Both the position numbers and the translations under genes were made by a program. Below the pieces are notes generated by a model. The model worked only from the letters and a program-made list of their open reading frames with translations, was not told where the DNA came from and did no database searches. From a bacterium (lineage in GTDB: Bacteria; UBA8248): DNA of 64,000 bases. The DNA lies in NCBI GenBank assembly GCA_965219955.1, contig OZ244799.1, positions 672,001-736,000 on the forward strand, written 5' to 3'. Numbering within the stretch: the first letter of the stretch is position 1; the number at the start of each line of letters is the position of its first letter. This document shows, piece after piece, positions 60,036 to 64,000 of this stretch.

Positions 60036-60482
60036 ATGCCTTTTTACGATCCCGAGACGATGGAGCAGAAACTGGCGGGGGCGAGCTACAGCACCTCCGA
60101 GGGCGTGTGGGTCGACGGCGACCGCGTCATATTCGGCGTCATCAACAAGCCGGCGGGCACGGGCAGCAGGCCGCACCGCCACCCCAACGAGCAGTTCATC
60201 TTCGTTCAGCAGGGCAGCCTGCAGGCGATGATCGACGGCGAGCGGAAAACGGTCGGCAAAGGGGGAATCATCCACATCCCGGCCAATTCGCTCCACAGCA
60301 TGGTGGCCACCGATGATGAGGACGTCATCTTCATCGTGGCGAAGGATACGACCTGGCAGATCGAGGGGGTCGCCGAGGATGATTCCTCCTACGGCGCGTA
60401 CATCGGCGAGGGCGCGGACGGGAGCGTGGCCGCGCGGTTTCGCGAGATCGCCGAGCAAGGCCCCGAGTCAAGCGGCTGTTGA
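60036..60482 (+). CDS. Cupin domain protein
   Basis: HRHPNEQ...HIPANSLH; similar to the N-terminal domain of the bicupin. Confidence 0.88.
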   Translation: MPFYDPETMEQKLAGASYSTSEGVWVDGDRVIFGVINKPAGTGSRPHRHPNEQFIFVQQGSLQAMIDGERKTVGKGGIIHIPANSLHSMVATDDEDVIFIVAKDTTWQIEGVAEDDSSYGAYIGEGADGSVAARFREIAEQGPESSGC

Positions 60483-60950
60483 AAAAAAGTCCTTCTTGCT
60501 CGCGTTTGATCTCCCACAGCATCAGCCTGCGGGGCAGGGGCAGGCCCCCGTGCCTGTTCGAGGCCCGCGCCGGTCTACCGATCTGGTAGGGGCCGTTCGC
60601 GAACGGCCCTTGCCGGAGAAACGGGCGCTTCACGAAGCGCCCCTACGACACCCTTTTGGGGAGATCACAACACCCGTCATTCCGGCGAAAGCCGGAATCC
60701 ATTTTGACTTTTCACCGGGCGGGGCGGCCACGACCTTGTTGTCGCGCGGCGTTTGGATGCGGAATCCAGAAAATTCGCCTTTCGTTTTTGTGTTCGATTC
60801 CGATCCTCCCCTCCTCGGAGTAAAGACGTCCGAACGAGGAAGCGAAAAGGCAAAGGCGAAAATGGATTCCGGCTTTCGCCGGAATGACGGCCAATACCCG
60901 AACCCGGGCGGAGGCGTCACTTCCTCCTCAAGGGCTTTTTCAACAGCTCC
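60472..60950. mobile_element. Composite repeat container 6
   Basis: GCGGCTGTTGAAAAA...CTTTTTCAACAGCTCC; flanks GTCAA/CTCAA (4/5); GTAG REP doublet 60586-60646; GTCATTCC element 60676-60888. Confidence 0.75.
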
Positions 60951-61174
60951 CTCAAGGGGGGAGTGATTGTTTATCTCGCGACTGATGGGATGGTCCTCAA
61001 GAGAGTGAAATTTAGTGCGCTCCTTCTGTGGGGTTTTTCAGAAGCCCTGATAAAGCGGAGATTTACTTGAGTCCCGTAAAACCGGCCGCGTGCGTTTCCT
61101 CGCAAGGGTAGAGAATAAGAAAAGCGCGAAGAGGGGGTAATCTCGTGCGCAATTCCATGATCCCGAAAACGCGC

Positions 61175-61193
61175 AAATCTTGGCGCAAGATTT
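61175..61193. promoter_or_regulatory. Candidate operator palindrome next to a possible -35 box
   Basis: AAATCTTG-GCG-CAAGATTT, abutting TTGACT-17 nt-AAGAAT, upstream of the permease. Confidence 0.35.
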
Positions 61194-61346
61194 TGACTTG
61201 GAATTCTATTTTTGCAAGAATGGCCGCAAATCGGACTTAAGCCGCAATGAGCCATCAAGAGCTGACGGGAAAATTCCATGGCTTAGGCTTTGGCCGCATC
61301 GCATACGTGATATTTTTGAAATTCGCATGATTTGGGAGGCTGTTTG

Positions 61347-62216
61347 ATGGCCACGGCAACGGATGAAGTCAGAAGGGACGAGGTAAAACTGCCTGACGAG
61401 TATACCAAGCAGGAAAGATTCTGGATGTGGATCAAGGACAACATCCCGAGTTTTATTGCGGTGCTCGTGATATGGGAGTGCATCGCCTGGTACGTGAGCG
61501 AGCCCGCGCTGTTCCCCCGTGTATTTCCCATCGTCCACCGATTTTACGAGGTCACTTTCCTGAGGTCCGGTGAGACCCTGTGCGTCTTGTGCGTGCACTC
61601 CTACCACACCGCCTGGCGGATCATGGTGGGCATGATCATCGCCGGCTTCGTGGGGATAGCCATCGGCATCGCGATGGGCCGCATCGGCTGGTTCGAGAAG
61701 TTCATGATCCCCATCCTGAGCATGCTCCTGCCCATCCCGGCGCTGGCCTGGAGCCCGATTCTCGTCCTGTGGTTCGGCCTCGGCAACACGACCATGATCT
61801 TCATCACCGCGTTCGCCGCGGCGCTGCCGGCCATCTCCTCGACGTGGACGGGGGTGAAGACCATTAATCCCATCTGGATACGGGCGGCGCAGTCGATGAA
61901 CGCCGAGGGGATGACCCTGTTCTGGAAGGTCATCTTCCCCGGTTCGCTGCCGTTCATCCTCTCGGGCATCCGCATCGGCCTGGCGCGCGCATGGCGCGCC
62001 GGCATCGCGGGCGAGATGGTGGCCGCGAGCGACTGGGGCCTGGGCTACGCCATCTTCGACAGCCGCGAGGACCTCGACACCGCCTTCATGCTGGTGGGAA
62101 TCGCGGCCATCGCCCTGGTCGGCTTCGTGATGGAGAAGTTCATCTTCGAGAAGTTCGAAAAGGTGACCGTCGTCAAGTGGGGCATGATGGAAGAGGTCGG
62201 CGGACAGCGCCAGTAA
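61347..62216 (+). CDS. ABC permease, SsuC/TauC/NrtB family
   Basis: PIPALAWSP, WFGLG, IRAAQSM, PGSLPFI, EMVAASDWGLG. Confidence 0.9.
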   Translation: MATATDEVRRDEVKLPDEYTKQERFWMWIKDNIPSFIAVLVIWECIAWYVSEPALFPRVFPIVHRFYEVTFLRSGETLCVLCVHSYHTAWRIMVGMIIAGFVGIAIGIAMGRIGWFEKFMIPILSMLLPIPALAWSPILVLWFGLGNTTMIFITAFAAALPAISSTWTGVKTINPIWIRAAQSMNAEGMTLFWKVIFPGSLPFILSGIRIGLARAWRAGIAGEMVAASDWGLGYAIFDSREDLDTAFMLVGIAAIALVGFVMEKFIFEKFEKVTVVKWGMMEEVGGQRQ

Positions 62217-62240
62217 CGAATATCACCGACAGGCCATATC

Positions 62241-62279
62241 AAAGGCCGGCTCCCCTTGGGGGGGCCGGCCTTTTTGTTT
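62241..62279 (+). terminator. Rho-independent terminator
   Basis: AAAGGCCGGCTCCCC-TTG-GGGGGGCCGGCCTTT followed by TTGTTT. Confidence 0.75.
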
Positions 62280-62293
62280 GCCGGTGATTCTCG

Positions 62294-62582
62294 CGGGCCG
62301 TTTGAAAAACTCCTCCGGGAGGAAGTGACGCCGACACCTCGGCCCGGTTTGCGGTTTTGGCCGTCATTCCGGCGAAAGCCGGAATCCATTGAATGATCTT
62401 TTGCCTTTTGTTTTATGTTCGATTCCGCTCCTCCCTGCCCGGGAGTGAATACGTCTGAGCGAGGAGGCGAAAAAACGAGAGCGAAAATGGATTCCGGCTT
62501 TCGCCGGAATGACGGCGGTGTGGACGGCCTCGACCCATGCGAGAGGGATTGCAGGGGTGGTTTACGGTGACGTTGAAAAACC
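62294..62582. repeat. Degenerate composite repeat container 7
   Basis: GCCGTTTGAAAAAC end with a subterminal segment matching the reverse complement of 60889-60945; GTCATTCC element 62363-62513; second end CGTTGAAAAACC at 62571. Confidence 0.65.
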
Positions 62583-62600
62583 TCTCGTGCGGGAGCCGCG

Positions 62601-63353
62601 CTAGTTGCCGCGCACCGCTTCGGTCGCCTGGTGTTCGAGTTCGATCACCCTCGGGTCGAACGGGTCCCGGGGGCGCGGCACGTCCACGATGATCTCTTTA
62701 TGGACGACTCCCGGCTGGCCCGCGAGAACGATGATCCTGTCCGCGAGGTAGACCGCTTCGCTCAGGTTGTGCGTGACGTAGAAGATGGTCTTTTTCGTTT
62801 TTTCCCACACCTCGACCGTCAGCGACTGGAGGTTCTCGCGCGTCTGCGCGTCGAGCGCGCCGAAGGGCTCGTCCATCAGCATGAACTGGGGCTCGTAGGC
62901 GTACGCCCGCGCCACGGCGACGCGCTGCTTCATGCCGCCCGAGAGGTTGTGGGGATAGAGATGCGTGAACTTCTCGAGGTGAACGAGTTCCAGGTATTCC
63001 TGCGCCTTTTGCATGCGCTCTTCCTTGCCCAGGCCCTTCATCTCCAGGCCGAACTCGACGTTCCTGAGAGCGGTGCGCCACGGGAAAAGCGCGTATTCCT
63101 GAAACACGACGCCCCGGTTCATGCGGCCCGCCGCCGAGATGGGGTTGCCGTCGAGCAGAATGGAGCCCGCCGTATGGTTCAGGAACCCTGCGAGAATGTT
63201 CAGCAGCGTGGTCTTCCCGCATCCGGAGAGCCCCACGACGCAGACGAACTCGCCGTCCTGGATGTCGAGGTTGATGTCCTTTAAGGCATGAACCCTTCTG
63301 TCCTTCAGGTAGTATTCCATGTGCAGGTCTTTGATGCTTACTTTCACCGGCAT
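62601..63353 (-). CDS. ABC ATP-binding protein, SsuB/TauB/NrtD family
   Basis: GLSGCGKTT, VFQEYALFPW, LSGGMKQR, MDEPFGALD, VTH. Confidence 0.92.
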   Translation of the reverse strand: MPVKVSIKDLHMEYYLKDRRVHALKDINLDIQDGEFVCVVGLSGCGKTTLLNILAGFLNHTAGSILLDGNPISAAGRMNRGVVFQEYALFPWRTALRNVEFGLEMKGLGKEERMQKAQEYLELVHLEKFTHLYPHNLSGGMKQRVAVARAYAYEPQFMLMDEPFGALDAQTRENLQSLTVEVWEKTKKTIFYVTHNLSEAVYLADRIIVLAGQPGVVHKEIIVDVPRPRDPFDPRVIELEHQATEAVRGN

Positions 63354-63485
63354 GTTGTTCGGTCCTTATGAGATATTTGACGTAGCGTGATTTCGCTGTT
63401 TTATCTTTTGTGATGAATCCGAAAAATAACGCAGATGAATCGCCCCCGTCAATTCCGTCAGGCTCCGCGAACCGTTTCTCCCGAA

Positions 63486-64000
63486 TCAGAAAAAAGCAGA
63501 GATTCCCTCGAAGTTCATGACGAGGAGGATGACGCCCATCAGGAACAGAATAACCGTAACGATCCGGAAGAACGCCTGATCCGTAAAAATGTTGTATATC
63601 TTCGTCCCCACGAAAAAGCCGAGCAGCACGGGCGTCATCAGGATGAGGATGAGCCAAAGGGCCGTCGCGCCGATGTAGCCCGCGGCCGCGATGGAGGCGA
63701 TGGCCGCGACTCTGAGCACGACCTGGCTCGCGCTCAGCACGAAAAGATAGCGCTCCTTGGAGATTTTCATCCCCGTGAGGTAGGAGGCGATAACGTGGGA
63801 GGGAATGTTGATCGTGCCCAGCATGAGTCCTGCGACCGCTCCCATGCCGAGGGAGCGTTTGAGGGAGTCCTCGGGTGCTGGTTTTTCGGGCTGAAGCCAC
63901 TGCCAGACGATCTGGCAGATCAGGAAGGCGCCCAGGATGAATTTCATCAGGCGCGGGTCCGTGTTCAGGAGGATCGTGAGGCCGACGGCCAGGCCCACCA
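63486..64000 (-). CDS. TauE/SafE (TSUP) family membrane protein, partial
   Basis: Multiple TM helices; GAVAGLMLG, PVLLGFFVGTKI, FFRIV; start lies outside the window. Confidence 0.7.
   Translation of the reverse strand, partial: VGLAVGLTILLNTDPRLMKFILGAFLICQIVWQWLQPEKPAPEDSLKRSLGMGAVAGLMLGTINIPSHVIASYLTGMKISKERYLFVLSASQVVLRVAAIASIAAAGYIGATALWLILILMTPVLLGFFVGTKIYNIFTDQAFFRIVTVILFLMGVILLVMNFEGISAFF

Noticed and set aside
61181-61197. sigma54 promoter (TGGCGC...)
   Set aside because: No TTGC at the required -12 spacing.

Overview
High-GC bacterial chromosome segment; the taxon cannot be determined from this window alone. The left half (1-33.2 kb) is mostly core genes: a FadF/HdrD-like Fe-S membrane oxidoreductase, a cobalamin-binding subunit, a diheme lipoprotein, a Dpp-type ABC transporter, an unannotated UxxC selenoprotein peroxiredoxin, dacB, recJ, moaDE, a Liv-type ABC system with three tandem paralogous binding proteins, trpFBA-leuCDB-asd-mtnP-hemL-ftsB and tRNA-fMet. 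The right half is a catabolic patchwork: Gfo/Idh/MocA oxidoreductases, a DgdA-like PLP enzyme, an acyl-CoA ligase, three amidases, a BisC-type molybdoenzyme coupled to a triple-Rid protein, a candidate amidohydrolase-fold oxygenase with a Rieske ferredoxin, cupins, an enolase-superfamily enzyme and a split ABC transporter. The most striking non-coding structure is seven intergenic mosaics. Each carries ~16-bp terminal inverted repeats (TIRs: GGGGnTGTTGAAAAA...TTTTTCAACAnCCCC, degenerate or unpaired at some loci) around variable combinations of at least five palindromic repeat families, nested in one another. One mosaic contains an intact IS1111-type (IS110 family) element inserted in a REP hairpin, and its downstream non-coding region has a bridge/seek-RNA-like loop whose guide segments match that REP. 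All calls come from reading motifs by eye; no database searches were run.
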